A stretch of 64,000 nt of DNA from an uncultured Planctomycetaceae bacterium (GCA_963813715.1 CAWFAK010000007.1:640001-704000); one strand, 5' to 3'. Shown: positions 12,042-22,678, counted from the stretch's first letter. Made by a program: numbers and translations. Notes: a model not told the origin generated them from the letters alone.

Positions 12042-13443
12042 CTACAGATCCCGGCCAATCGACTCGGCCGTATACGCGCTCGACGCGGATCGTGTCGGAC
12101 CAATAGTTCGGGGCGAGGCCGGTCTTCTTTTTGAGATGCGCAAGGAATTCGTGGGCGTCGCGGACCGAGCGCCACACGGACGGGAGCAGCGTGCCGCGAC
12201 GGCCGCCCTCGATGAGCGTGAGGCCGTCGACGCCGGGCCGCATCTGAGAGAGCAAATCGGCTTCCGACTGGAAGTTCAGTTCTTCGGGCGGGCTTAAGAG
12301 CGAGATGTGGATCTCGAGATTCGCCAACTCGTCGCAAGTGAGCTTGCCGAACCGCGGGTCGCGGAAGGCGGCCAACCAGGCATTGCGGGCGACGTTGGCG
12401 ATGAGCGGCTCGGACCCCTCGAGCGAACCCATGCAGCCGCGCAGCTTGCCGCCGACATGCAGCGTCACAAAGCACGCTTGCCGCGCCAGCAGACGGCCCG
12501 GCTGGTTTTCCAGGTCGATCGCCAGCTCACGCCCCGTGTCGACTCCGTACGCGATCGACTTAGCGGCAACGTCGAGCAACGTGCGGCGGTCGGCACCGGT
12601 CAGTTCGTCCTCCGCACTTTCGACGACGAAGGCACCGTAACCCACCACGCGGTCGCGGGAGCCAGCCGTGTCTCCCGAATTCCGCAGGTCGAGCTGCCGG
12701 ACCCGCAGGCCCCGATGGCGTGCCGCCTCGAGCATGCCGCCGATCGGTCGGAATCCGCAGCACCGCTCGCCCGTCAATTCCTGGAACCGCAGCGACTCGA
12801 TCAAGCGGGCGGTCTCGGTGTCGACCCGCACGGCAGTCTCGTAGTCGTGAAAATGGCTCAGGTCGGAACTGACGACGAAGAGCGTTTCTTCGCCGCCCCA
12901 CAAGAGTTCGATCAACTGCGACACTTCCTCCGCAGTGACCTCGCCGACGGCCAGCGGCAGGACCTGAAAGTCGCCGAGCAGCTCCTGCAGAAACGGGACA
13001 TGCACCTCGAGGCTGTGCTCGCGGGCATGCGCCGCGTCGTTGAGCACCACGAAGGGCAGGCTCAGCGCCCGCTCAGCCGCTTCGCGATCGATGGGTACAG
13101 GCCCCAGCGGCGTTTGGAAAGCATCGGCCGTCGGAATCGCTATCCCTCGCAGCGGCACAAAGTGGGCCGGTCCGAACAGGATCACGCGTCGGACTCGCCC
13201 CCGCAGTCCACGCAGTGCCGCGTAAGCGCTTCCCGCGATCGGACCCGAGTAGACGTACCCCGCATGCGGGGCAATAATTGCTTTGGGCGACGTGTGACGA
13301 GGCTCGGGCGACGGCATCAGCGAATCGGATGACGTCTTCGTCGCTTTCGCTGCTGACAGAAAGCTGCGAATGACCGCCCGCAATTCGTCCGGGTTTGCCG
13401 GGTAGAACCGGCCAGCGACTGCTGGCTCGCGCACGCCACTCAT
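12042..13443 (-). CDS. amrB: AmmeMemoRadiSam protein B (Memo) fused to protein A (AMMECR1)
   Basis: REPAVAGRFYP, PHAGYVYSG, EHSLEV, SSDLSH, VVGYGA, then FVTL..LRGCMG, AAFRDPRF, TLLPSVW; terminal frameshift gives YTAESIGRDL*. Confidence 0.9.
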
Positions 13444-13475
13444 CGAATTACCGCTCGTCGATCGTGAACCGAGCA

Positions 13476-13546
13476 GGGAGGGCGAGGCTCCCGCCAAACT
13501 GAGTGTCCTGCGTCTGACTTCGGCTCAGCAGGAGCTTCGCCCTCCC
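13476..13546. repeat. REP-like inverted repeat pair
   Basis: gggagggcgaggctcc ... ggagcttcgccctccc between divergent amr genes. Confidence 0.65.
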
Positions 13547-13630
13547 GAATTGAAATCACGGCCCCGAATTGACATCACTGCCGTTGCCAGCGGCTTGTAA
13601 TAGTATTCTCGCACAAACCAGCGAAGCAAG

Positions 13631-14729
13631 ATGCCTCTCACCGATCCGTTCGTTGTTCCGACCAAGTATTGGCATCGGCTGGAAGATGGCCGCGTGCAGT
13701 GCGATCTCTGTCCGCGCTACTGCAAGCTGCACGAGGGCCAGCGCGGTTTCTGCTTTGTCCGCGAGTGCCAGGATGAGGCCGTCGTGCTGACGACTTACGG
13801 CCGCTCCAGCGGCTACTGTATCGACCCGATCGAAAAGAAACCGCTCAATCACTTTTTGCCCGGCACGCCGGTGCTTTCTTTCGGCACGGCCGGCTGCAAC
13901 TTGGGCTGCAAGTTTTGCCAGAATTGGGACATCAGCAAGAGCCGCGAGGTCGACACGCTGGCCGACGCGGCCTCACCCGACGCCATCGCGCAGGCGGCCG
14001 TGCGACTCGGTTGCCGCAGTGTCGCCTTCACCTATAACGACCCGGTGATCTTCATGGAGTACGCGATCGACGTCGCCCAGGCTTGCCGCGCTGTGGGCGT
14101 GAAGACGGTCGCGGTCACCGCGGGCGAAATTTGCGAGGAGCCGCGGGCCGAGTTTTACGGCCACATGGACGCGGCCAACGTCGATCTCAAGGGCTTCACC
14201 GAGCGGTTCTACCACGACGTTTGCGCGAGCCACCTGCAGCCGGTGCTCGACACGCTCGTCTATCTCAAGCACCACTCGCAGGTTTGGTTCGAGATCACGA
14301 CGCTGCTGATTCCCGGCGAAAACGACTCCGACGCCGAGCTCGACGACGAGTGCAGGTGGATCGTGGAGCAGCTCGGGCCGGACGTTCCCGTGCATTTTAC
14401 GGCTTTCCATCCCGACTTCCGCATGCTCGACAAACCGCGGACGCCGCCCGAGACTTTGACCCGCGCGAGATATCGCGATTGCCAACGGCATCCGCTACGC
14501 GTACACGGGCAACGTCCACGACCGCACGGGGGGCACGACCTGGTGCCACCACTGCGGCCAGCGCCTGATCGAGCGCGACTGGTACACCCTGGGCGACTGG
14601 CACGTCACCCCGGATGGCCGCTGCGACAAGTGCGGCACGTCAGCCCCCGGCTTGTTCGAGCGCGAGCCCGGCACGTGGGGTGCGCGGCGGCAGCCCGTGC
14701 TGCTGCGTAACTTCACCGCGCGCCGGTGA
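13631..14729 (+). CDS. amrS: AmmeMemoRadiSam radical SAM enzyme, frameshift near 14465
   Basis: CDLCPRYC, DPIEKKPLNHF, CNLGCKFCQN, TYNDP; C-terminal YTGNV..TWCHHCG in shifted frame. Confidence 0.92.
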
Positions 14730-14820
14730 GTTCACCTCTGAGTTCGCCGGTGGGTGAGTCCGCAACGCGACGAGTGCGCGAGTCAAGCACCATCGGGCTC
14801 GCGCCCGACGCTCGCAGGGG

Positions 14821-15192
14821 TTATCGCGCCTGGCGAGCCGTCAGCGTCAGCTGGCGGGTGCTTCGCTTTGCGATTCGTTTGCCGACGAGGTAAAGCAGTG
14901 CCGTGGCGCTCAGGAGCAAGAGTGACCAGCGAACGTACTGCGCGGTGGCGAAGGACAATCCCAGGCCTGTCCAAAGTGCCACGTACGCCGCCAGGCACAC
15001 GGGGCACTTCGGCATCAGGACCCACACGCCGATCGACGCCGCGCCGCCCGCGCATTCCCAGAAGTTCCGGGAACGCGTGCGGGACGCGGGCCGTGGCTCA
15101 TCTCCGTTGCGGTGGCAACAGCACGCTCCCGGAGTGTTCGACGCCAGCGCGTTTAATGCCGGTGGGTTCAATGATTCTCGCTGTGGCAGCAT
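14821..15192 (-). CDS. Small Cys-containing membrane protein
   Basis: LMPKCPVCLAAY and hydrophobic segments; last gene of the ArsR operon. Confidence 0.6.
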   Translation of the reverse strand: MLPQRESLNPPALNALASNTPGACCCHRNGDEPRPASRTRSRNFWECAGGAASIGVWVLMPKCPVCLAAYVALWTGLGLSFATAQYVRWSLLLLSATALLYLVGKRIAKRSTRQLTLTARQAR

Positions 15193-15932
15193 GATCCACC
15201 GATTTGCACGCTCGGTTGATATTTATCGTGGTGCCGCAACCAGCCCATCGGCGAATTGAGCCCCTCCTCGTCGCGGCCCTTCGGCGCACGGTCGAGAAGG
15301 ACGTAAGTGGTCAAGAATCCGTCGAGACCGCGGGCGTACGTCGAGTAGGTGTGATAGACCGTGCCGCTCACATCCTTGTAGAAACAGCTGAGGCCCGGGT
15401 TTTCTTCGGCGTAGGGCGGCTGCGCGCCGAAATTGTAGGTCTTCGCGCCGCTGGCGACTTCGTCCGGCGTGAACGAGACGCCGAAATCATGGTTGAAGTC
15501 GTTGCCGGCGGTCGAAACCCAGGGCAGCCGCCATCCCATACGCTTGTTGAATGCCACGATATTGGCAAGCGAGCCGCGTGAGACAAGCACCAGAGAGACG
15601 TCCCGGGCGTGGACGTGTTCGAGCGTCCCGTTGAGGTGATCAATCATGAACGAGCAGCCCGGACAGCCCTCGACCCAATCGGGACCGAGCATGAAGTGAT
15701 AGACGGCGAGCTGGCTGCGCCCCTCGAACAGGTCGGCGAGCCGCACCCTTCCTTTCGGCCCGTCGAAGACATAGTCCTTCTCGACTCGAGTCCAAGGCAG
15801 CTCAAGGCGCTGGCGGGCGAGCTCATCGCTTTGCCGCGTGAGCTCCTTCTCCTTGGCCAGCAAGTCGCGGCGGGCGCGGAGCCATTCGCTCTGGGAAACC
15901 ACGGGATGATCGAGTGTGGCAGTCGAATTCAT
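15168..15932 (-). CDS. DUF899 thioredoxin-like protein
   Basis: WLRARRDLLAKEKE, LFEGRSQL, GCPGCS, HTYSTYARG, WLRHHDKY. Confidence 0.9.
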   Translation of the reverse strand: MNSTATLDHPVVSQSEWLRARRDLLAKEKELTRQSDELARQRLELPWTRVEKDYVFDGPKGRVRLADLFEGRSQLAVYHFMLGPDWVEGCPGCSFMIDHLNGTLEHVHARDVSLVLVSRGSLANIVAFNKRMGWRLPWVSTAGNDFNHDFGVSFTPDEVASGAKTYNFGAQPPYAEENPGLSCFYKDVSGTVYHTYSTYARGLDGFLTTYVLLDRAPKGRDEEGLNSPMGWLRHHDKYQPSVQIGGSCCHSENH

Positions 15933-15993
15933 CGTTAACTCTCCTGGAAATCGTAAGGTGGATTAGCCGTCAGTCACTGTGGGACGGCGGTCG

Positions 15994-16464
15994 CTACTTT
16001 TTCTTCTGCGTCGCCAACTTCTCGGCTCGCTGCCGAATGTGATCGATCCAGATTCCCCACCCCTTCGGCATTCCTTCGCGATGGTCGGGCAGAATGAATC
16101 CCATCGCGCGATGCTGGAAGGCGAGCTTTGTCCCGCTCCCCTCGGCCGTGAGGCGATATTGCAGATGATTGATCGCGGGGTACGACATCATCATCGGCCC
16201 ACAGATTTCCAGCAGGGTCGGCGGCTTGATCACCTGCACGTGGCCCCAAAAATGTCCCATGTTATTGCCCAAATCGCGATACCAGCGCCCGCCCGGCCAG
16301 GCTTCGAGCTTGAAGGGCATCGGCGAGCCGTCGTCGCCCCGTTGGGCCTCGGGGCCGAGCTCGTCGAGCATCGCCTCGAAGGCAATCGCGATCGGTGCCG
16401 CGATGTCGATTGTCTTTTTGATCTCGAACGTCTCGCACGCCTGTGGCGTCAAAGTGGCGGTCAT
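15994..16464 (-). CDS. SRPBCC/Aha1-like domain protein
   Basis: LEAWPGGRWYRD, VIKPPTLLE, GW near the C-terminus; start overlaps the ArsR stop. Confidence 0.85.
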   Translation of the reverse strand: MTATLTPQACETFEIKKTIDIAAPIAIAFEAMLDELGPEAQRGDDGSPMPFKLEAWPGGRWYRDLGNNMGHFWGHVQVIKPPTLLEICGPMMMSYPAINHLQYRLTAEGSGTKLAFQHRAMGFILPDHREGMPKGWGIWIDHIRQRAEKLATQKKK

Positions 16465-16838
16465 GCGGTTCCTTTCTTGCGGTTGGTTTTTCCGGGCGTC
16501 GCGGCCTGAGCGACGGCGCGTGCTTCGGCCCGCGCGCGGATCCGGTCGAGCTGGTGTTCCCAATGTCGCTCGAACGTTTTGATCCAGTCGTAGACGGGCC
16601 GCAATCGATCGAAGTTCACAACATACACACGGTGTTGGCCTTGCTTGCTGACGGAGACAATGCCGACTTTCCGTAGAACGCCCAAGTGCTTGGAGACGGC
16701 CGGCTGCGGCAGCCCCAAGGTCACGACGATCGTGCCCACGTGCAAGCCACGGCCCTGCGCCAGCATCTCGATAATCTGCCGCCGTGGCGGAGCGGCGATG
16801 GCGGTGAAAATGTCGGAAGCAACTGAGTTTCGAGACAT
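16461..16838 (-). CDS. ArsR/SmtB family transcriptional regulator
   Basis: IFTAIAAPPRRQI, QPAVSKHLGVL, GQHRVY. Confidence 0.9.
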   Translation of the reverse strand: MSRNSVASDIFTAIAAPPRRQIIEMLAQGRGLHVGTIVVTLGLPQPAVSKHLGVLRKVGIVSVSKQGQHRVYVVNFDRLRPVYDWIKTFERHWEHQLDRIRARAEARAVAQAATPGKTNRKKGTA

Positions 16839-16846
16839 GCCGGCAT

Positions 16847-16868
16847 TATATTCCTAATATGGAATATA
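16847..16868. promoter_or_regulatory. Putative ArsR operator
   Basis: AT-rich inverted repeat tatattcc-taatat-ggaatata just upstream of the arsR start codon. Confidence 0.65.
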
Positions 16869-17040
16869 TCAATGCTGATTTTGGGAAAGATCTTTGGCCG
16901 GCAGGATCGGAGCAAATTGAACGCCTCGGTCTGACCCGTCGGCGGCGAAACGCCCCGCCAATTCCTAGAGCTTCGCGAGTCGGCAGCGTAAGCTGGCGGG
17001 TGCTTTTTCTTCGCGACTCCGAAGTGCCTCGATGGGACCG

Positions 17041-18150
17041 ATGCTACAACAGCTCCGCAAACAAGCGATCGCCAATTCCCTGTTTCCTCCCACGACACTG
17101 CGGCGAGCCGTCGAGCGACTGGGGTTCGTGCAAGCCGATCCGATTCGCGCGCCGGCCCGCGCACAGGATCTGATCCTGCGGCACCGGGTGAAGGACTATC
17201 GTGTCGGCGATCTCGACCGGCAATACCATCGCCTCGGCCTCGAGGAAGACCGTTTCTACGCGCACGGATTTATGCCCCGCTCGACGTGGCGGCTCTTGCA
17301 TCCGCGGGTCGGGGCGCCCGAAAGCTGCCCTTGGGCCAAGCCACATCGCCTCAGCGCACTGGAAAAGCGCGTGCTCGAAGTGGCGGCCACGCTTGAGCGG
17401 ATTCACCCAGGCGACCTGGAAGCGTATTTCGGCCGACAGCGGGCGACGAATGGTTGGGGCGGACAATCGAAGGCGACAACGCGGGCCCTGCACTATCTCC
17501 ACTACTACGGTTTTCTGAGAGTCGCGGGCCGCGAGGCGGGAATCCGCACCTACGAAGCCGTGCGGAGTGAGCACGAACCGATCGATCCAGCGGCCCGCTT
17601 CCGCAAGATCGTGTTGATCATCGTTTCGATTCTGGGACCGCTCACGGACAAAAGCTTGCGGGCGGCCTTGGCGTTCCTCACCATTCGCGGGCCGGCGCTC
17701 AAAGCCCTGCGGGCGACCGTGCCCGCGCTGATCGAATCGGGCGAGTTGGCTCAGACCACGCTTGATGGCGTGCGCTACTTATGGCGGACGGATCGCAAGA
17801 CGCGTGGCCGAATCAAAGCCGCGGAGCCGCACGAAGCGGTTCGCTTCCTGGCCCCGTTTGACCCGCTCGTGTGGGACCGCCAGCGGTTCGAGGAGTTCTG
17901 GGGCTGGCAGTATCGATTCGAAGCCTACGTCCCCGCTCCCAAACGCAAACTCGGCTACTATGCCATGCCCCTGCTCTGGCGGGAGGATGTGATCGGCTGG
18001 GTGAACGCGGCTCTGCAGAAGGGCCGACTGCGCGTCGAACCCGGCTTTCAAAAAGCAAAACCAAAGGACGCCGCCTTCCGCCGCGAATTCGACGCGGAAG
18101 TCGCCCGCTTCCAGACGTTCCTGCAGCAACGCCAGCCTGCCAAGTTGTAA
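17041..18150 (+). CDS. YcaQ/AlkZ-like winged-helix DNA glycosylase family protein
   Basis: VQADPIRAPARAQDL, LAPFDPLVWDR, YRFEAYVPAPKRKLGYY. Confidence 0.85.
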   Translation: MLQQLRKQAIANSLFPPTTLRRAVERLGFVQADPIRAPARAQDLILRHRVKDYRVGDLDRQYHRLGLEEDRFYAHGFMPRSTWRLLHPRVGAPESCPWAKPHRLSALEKRVLEVAATLERIHPGDLEAYFGRQRATNGWGGQSKATTRALHYLHYYGFLRVAGREAGIRTYEAVRSEHEPIDPAARFRKIVLIIVSILGPLTDKSLRAALAFLTIRGPALKALRATVPALIESGELAQTTLDGVRYLWRTDRKTRGRIKAAEPHEAVRFLAPFDPLVWDRQRFEEFWGWQYRFEAYVPAPKRKLGYYAMPLLWREDVIGWVNAALQKGRLRVEPGFQKAKPKDAAFRREFDAEVARFQTFLQQRQPAKL

Positions 18151-18189
18151 GACAGTTCGCCCCCTCACTCTCGACAGATTGACCCACGA

Positions 18190-19485
18190 ATGATGCCCAC
18201 TGACGCCTCTCGACGTCTTCTCTTGGTTGCCGGTTTCGTAATGGCTGCCGGCGCTCTTGCGCAAAACTGTCACATGGTTGATGCCGCAGACGGCGATGGC
18301 CCGCTCTTCGCCTATGTCGGTACGTTCAGCTCGCCGCTGCACGACGTGCTGCCCACACAGGTCGACCTGCCTCCGGGCAACGGTCGTGGCATCCACATCT
18401 TTCGCGTCGATCGAACCACCGGCGCGTTGACTCCAGCAGGCGTTCACGAAATGGCGACGAGCCCGAGCTCTCTGGTTGTAAACGAAGCCGGCACCGACCT
18501 CTATTCGGCCAACGAGACCGACGTGGTGGGTGAATATAAGGAAGGGACGGTCAGCGCCTTCGCGGTCGATCGCACCATCGGACAACTCAAGTTGATCAAC
18601 ACGGTGCATTCCGGGGGCGCTGGCCCCACCTATGTGAGCATTCATCCGTCCGGACGTTTCCTGTTCGTGGCGAATTATTTCGGTGGCGGTGGGTGTGTCG
18701 CCGCGCTGCCGATCCTCGCAAACGGTCAGCTCGGTGCCGCGACCGACGACAAGGTCTATGCTGGCAAGCTCGGCCCAAAGCGGTCGGCCAACGCTCCTCC
18801 CGGCAGTTTTGCCTTCAGCGGACACGATCGCCAGCACCCACACATGATCCACGCAGATCCGTCGGGTCGTTTCGTGCTGTCCACCGATTTGGGTCTCGAC
18901 AATATCTACATCTGGGGGTTCGATCCTCGAAACGGCACGTTGGCGATTGATTCCAACGCTCCGTGGCATGTCGCTCTGCCTCCCGGCGACGGACCCCGGC
19001 ATTTCGCCTTTCATCCCGGCTTGCATCAGATCGGAGGCCGCTGGCTGTACGCCATCCAAGAGGAGGCGTCGACCATCGTTTTGTTCCACTTCGACCCCAC
19101 GACCGGTCGACTCGAGCGGCGGCAGACAATCTCTACGCTGCCGCCGGGTTTTGCAGGCAGCAACTTTTGTTCTGAAATCCTCGTGTCGTCCGACGGCCGG
19201 TTCGTCTACGCCGGCAATCGGCTGCATGACAGCATCGGCATCTTCTCCGTCGGCAATGCCGGCCTGCTCAGCTTCGTCGCCGACGAATGGACCCGCGGGG
19301 ACTATCCGCGGAGTTTCAACTTCGACCCAAGCGGCCGATTCTTTTACTGCTGTAACCAACGGGGCGACAACGTCACCGTGTTCCGCGTCGATCGCGAAAC
19401 GGGCCGGCTGCAGTTCACCGGTCACTACGCCCCAGTGGGCAACCCGTCGAGCATCGTGTTCCTCGACCCGAAGAAACCGCGTTGA
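18190..19485 (+). CDS. 6-phosphogluconolactonase-like 7-bladed beta-propeller
   Basis: AYVGT, VANY, HPH, DLGLD, GPRHFAF, YAGNR, YPRSF. Confidence 0.88.
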   Translation: MMPTDASRRLLLVAGFVMAAGALAQNCHMVDAADGDGPLFAYVGTFSSPLHDVLPTQVDLPPGNGRGIHIFRVDRTTGALTPAGVHEMATSPSSLVVNEAGTDLYSANETDVVGEYKEGTVSAFAVDRTIGQLKLINTVHSGGAGPTYVSIHPSGRFLFVANYFGGGGCVAALPILANGQLGAATDDKVYAGKLGPKRSANAPPGSFAFSGHDRQHPHMIHADPSGRFVLSTDLGLDNIYIWGFDPRNGTLAIDSNAPWHVALPPGDGPRHFAFHPGLHQIGGRWLYAIQEEASTIVLFHFDPTTGRLERRQTISTLPPGFAGSNFCSEILVSSDGRFVYAGNRLHDSIGIFSVGNAGLLSFVADEWTRGDYPRSFNFDPSGRFFYCCNQRGDNVTVFRVDRETGRLQFTGHYAPVGNPSSIVFLDPKKPR

Positions 19486-19506
19486 CGCAGAGATTCGCAG
19501 CTTCGC

Positions 19507-20424
19507 TCAGGGCGACTCGACGCCATTGGTTTGCAGCAAATCGGAGTTGCGCTTGGGTTTCGCCGGCGGGCGGCCGTCTTTCGCCTTTGGCGGAGGGGGC
19601 AGCGCGGGTGCATTGCCGGCGGGATTCATGGTCATCAACAGTCGGCAGTTCTCGAGATGCCCATCGGCCGTCATGACGCCGGCGACCAGGATGCGGCGGC
19701 GCAACTTCAGATTGTCGATCATATCGCCGTAAGCGCTTGCAGGGAAAACGCAGCGGACGGTCGAGCCGGGCCTGAAGGCGTGATCGTCCGGACCCAATTC
19801 GATCATAAGCGGATCCTGCTCGGTCTTCGGGGTCGACACGCTATAAACGTAGCCCACCCACTCGAAGCGATCGCCAACGTAACGCGCGATCAGCTTCGGC
19901 TGACGTTGGTGCGACGCGTTGCTCGCCTTTTCCAAAAACGCCTTGAGAGACAGCGGATTGAACGCGGCTGGTCGAAATTCCCTGCCGAGCCGAACGGATC
20001 CAAGGGCGGCGACTGTTTGACCGGACTCGGGAACTACGCCGCGGTCTCTCAACTGTTCTTCGAGACGCTGGACGGTGCGCTCGTGATCGGTCTTGGCCTG
20101 CGACCGGCTTTGCTCGAACACGCCGATCGACTCCTGGAGCGCGGCATTCTTTTCCAGCAGCCCCGCTTTCTCTTCCTCTGTCTCGGCGCTAGCCGCTTGA
20201 ATGTCTTGATCGCCTCGCCAGCGGCCCGCCAGGTACCCGGCGATCGCGCAGACAGCCGCTAGGCCGAAGATTCCCCCGAGCAGGACGCTGACGCTCGACC
20301 AGCTGAGTCCGCCGAGCGTGCGGGCAGGCTGCGGCGACGGTTGGTGCGCGGGCGGCGGCGCGTTCTCGGTTGTCGCTTCGGGCTGTAGTTGAATCTGCGT
20401 GCGAGCCAACGCTGGGTCGATCAT
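19507..20424 (-). CDS. Hypothetical membrane-anchored coiled-coil protein with possible OB-fold
   Basis: One TM segment, coiled coil, then YVGDRFEWVGYV..VRCVF. Confidence 0.55.
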   Translation of the reverse strand: MIDPALARTQIQLQPEATTENAPPPAHQPSPQPARTLGGLSWSSVSVLLGGIFGLAAVCAIAGYLAGRWRGDQDIQAASAETEEEKAGLLEKNAALQESIGVFEQSRSQAKTDHERTVQRLEEQLRDRGVVPESGQTVAALGSVRLGREFRPAAFNPLSLKAFLEKASNASHQRQPKLIARYVGDRFEWVGYVYSVSTPKTEQDPLMIELGPDDHAFRPGSTVRCVFPASAYGDMIDNLKLRRRILVAGVMTADGHLENCRLLMTMNPAGNAPALPPPPKAKDGRPPAKPKRNSDLLQTNGVESP

Positions 20425-20792
20425 CGTCGTTCCTCGCACCGAAACGAACTCGAACGGCGACCTTCGCTGTGCGGTCGCGTTTCGGCTCGCGCCATTGGAT
20501 CAGCCAAACTGCCGCCGCTCAAGAGGGGCTTTCCGCAATGCCTGCGGAAAGAGCCTTTTTGCCCTCGGTCGAGCCCGCCGCTCCGCCAATTTAAAGAAGC
20601 TAAACGGCGGCCGGCCAGCCGGGAAAGTCGGCAAACACGGACCGGTTGCTGCAATCGGCCGGCAATCGGCGGCGGACCGATTCGGCCGGCCCAGCCCCGT
20701 CTGCCGGCCAAGCTAGAGTGACACGGACGTTTATTCGACTGTGCGCGGGGCGGTCGAATCACGGCTCGGACCACGACGACGGGGATCGATTC

Positions 20793-21326
20793 ATGACCGA
20801 CGACTTTCGCGTGAAGGACGTGCTTTCGCTGTGCGTCGATTGGAGCTGCCTCTCGCCGACGCGGGCGAGCGTCGATCTGTTTGTCGACGCGCTCGACGGC
20901 GGCAAGGACCCGTTTGCGGATCGCCGCTCGGCCACTCGCAAGCCGATGATGATCGACGTCATTGCCGTGCCGCTTGACGCGCAATTCCAGCAGTGCGGCG
21001 ACGCCTTTCTCTCGCTGACGCGGAACATTTCACACGGCGGCATCGCCATCCTGTGCACCGAAGACGTGAAGTCACCCTATTTGCTATTGCGACTGGAGAC
21101 GGCCAAGCACCGTTCGCTGCAATCCTTGGTGCGGGTCATCCGCTCGCGATCGTTCTATCAGTTCACAGAGGTGTCCGGCAGCTTCGTGCTCAAGGAAGAA
21201 GAGAGTCGCCCGACCGCTCAGCCGAAGAAGTCCAAAGGCACGGGACGCCGCTCCACCAAGAGCAAGTCGCCCGGCCGTTCGACGAAACGCCCGATTGTGG
21301 ACCACGATCAGTCGCCGGTTACTTGA
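20793..21326 (+). CDS. PilZ-like domain protein
   Basis: RxxxR (RSATR) and NISHGG c-di-GMP-binding-type motifs; basic tail. Confidence 0.65.
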   Translation: MTDDFRVKDVLSLCVDWSCLSPTRASVDLFVDALDGGKDPFADRRSATRKPMMIDVIAVPLDAQFQQCGDAFLSLTRNISHGGIAILCTEDVKSPYLLLRLETAKHRSLQSLVRVIRSRSFYQFTEVSGSFVLKEEESRPTAQPKKSKGTGRRSTKSKSPGRSTKRPIVDHDQSPVT

Positions 21327-21342
21327 AGCGAAAGACGAGCCG

Positions 21343-22264
21343 ATGATCGATTGGGCCGCCATTCGCGAAGAGGGCTTGAGCGACTTCAGCCTGTCGGTGA
21401 TGCCGCCGAACCTCGCGTTGCCCGCGCTGCCGCACGCCGTCACCCGTTTTCTCGAGCGTTCCGCCGACGAAGACGTTTCGCTCGAGGAGCTGGCCCGTAT
21501 TGTGGAGACAGACGCGGGACTGACCGTCGAACTGCTCAAGCGGGTCAATTCGGCGTCGAGCGGCTTGTCCGTGCGCGTGAAGTCGGTCGGCCAAGCGCTG
21601 GCTTTGCTCGGCCGACAGCCGAGCCGAATGTTTCTGACGACGATCGGCACCGAAGGGGCAATCCGCGCTCGCAAGTCGAAACTGATCAATCAGAATTCGT
21701 TCTGGAACGTTTGCCTGCAGCGGGCGCTCTTTTCCCGCGAAATCGCCCGGCTGCTTGCGGCCGACGTCGACGCGGCATTCGCCGGCGCATTGCTGCAGGA
21801 TTTTCTGCTGCCGCTTCTGACCAACGAACTCTTCGACGCGTACCTCGAGTTCGTGGGCCTGGGGAGCACCGCTCCAGACGCCCTGGCCCAGTTCGAGCAG
21901 TCGCAATTCGATTGGGACCACGCGATGGCGGGAGCCTGTCTCGCCTTTCAGTGGAACCTGCCCGACGAAATCGTCTGCTGCATGCTGTACCATCACGCCG
22001 GCCTGCGGATTCTGTCGCATCCCAAGCTGGGCAAAACAGCCGTGGCAGCCGTCGCGCTGTCGGCCCTGATTCCCGATGCTCTGCACACGCACCACGGCAT
22101 GCAACAGCTCGCCAAGCTCGAGGGAATCTGGCCCGACTTCAATCTCGAAAGCCTGGCCGAGACGGTCGACCGCCTGCAAGCGGAAGCGGCCGTCGGCGTG
22201 CGAAACGATTTCCCGTTACGCGCGACGCGTGAAGGCACTGCGTGCCGAGGCGCCCACAGACTGA
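21343..22264 (+). CDS. HDOD domain protein, terminal frameshift
   Basis: LPALP, DAGLTVELLKRVNS, AFAGALLQD, DHAMAG..WNLP..HH. Confidence 0.88.
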
Positions 22265-22485
22265 CGGCGGCGCGGCTACGGCAACCGCTGAGACGGAAGG
22301 CACCCGGACCGTCGCGCCGAGTGCCGGCTAAGAATGCCAGGCCCGACTGCCGCCGCGGCGGGCCGCCAGACTTCTACCGGGCGCAGGCACGCCGCGAAAT
22401 CGGCGGCGACTTCAGGCGGCCATCAAATTCAGGCCGCTGCCGACGATGGCCTGACTGGCCGACCCGCTCGGAGAGCGAAAAGCAT

Positions 22486-22569
22486 TGCGGACGAGAGGAC
22501 TTGAACCTCCACCCTCTTACGAGGACTAGCTCCTGAAGCTAGCGCGTCTGCCAATTCCGCCACGTCCGC
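22486..22569 (-). tRNA. tRNA-Leu(CAG)
   Basis: GCGGACGTGGCGGAATTGGCAGACGCGCTAGCTTCAGGAGCTAG...GTTCAAGTCCTCTCGTCCGCA; long variable arm. Confidence 0.97.
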
Positions 22570-22626
22570 GAAGCTTGCTCTCGGTTCCAACTCACAAAGA
22601 CAAACGGGTCAACGACAAACGGCGTG

Positions 22627-22678
22627 AAAGTGGAGCGGAAGGGAGTTGCACCCTCGACCTCTGCATTGCGAATGCAGC
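22627..22678 (-). repeat. att site: duplicated 3' part of tRNA-Ala(CGC)
   Basis: 52-bp direct repeat of 44842..44893 with 2 mismatches. Confidence 0.93.

Noticed and set aside
19488..19516. Degenerate REP-like motif gagattcgcagcttcgctcagggcgac
   Set aside because: Single, poorly matching copy overlapping a stop codon
22627..22678. A second tRNA-Ala gene
   Set aside because: Lacks the 5' acceptor strand and D-arm; it is an att remnant
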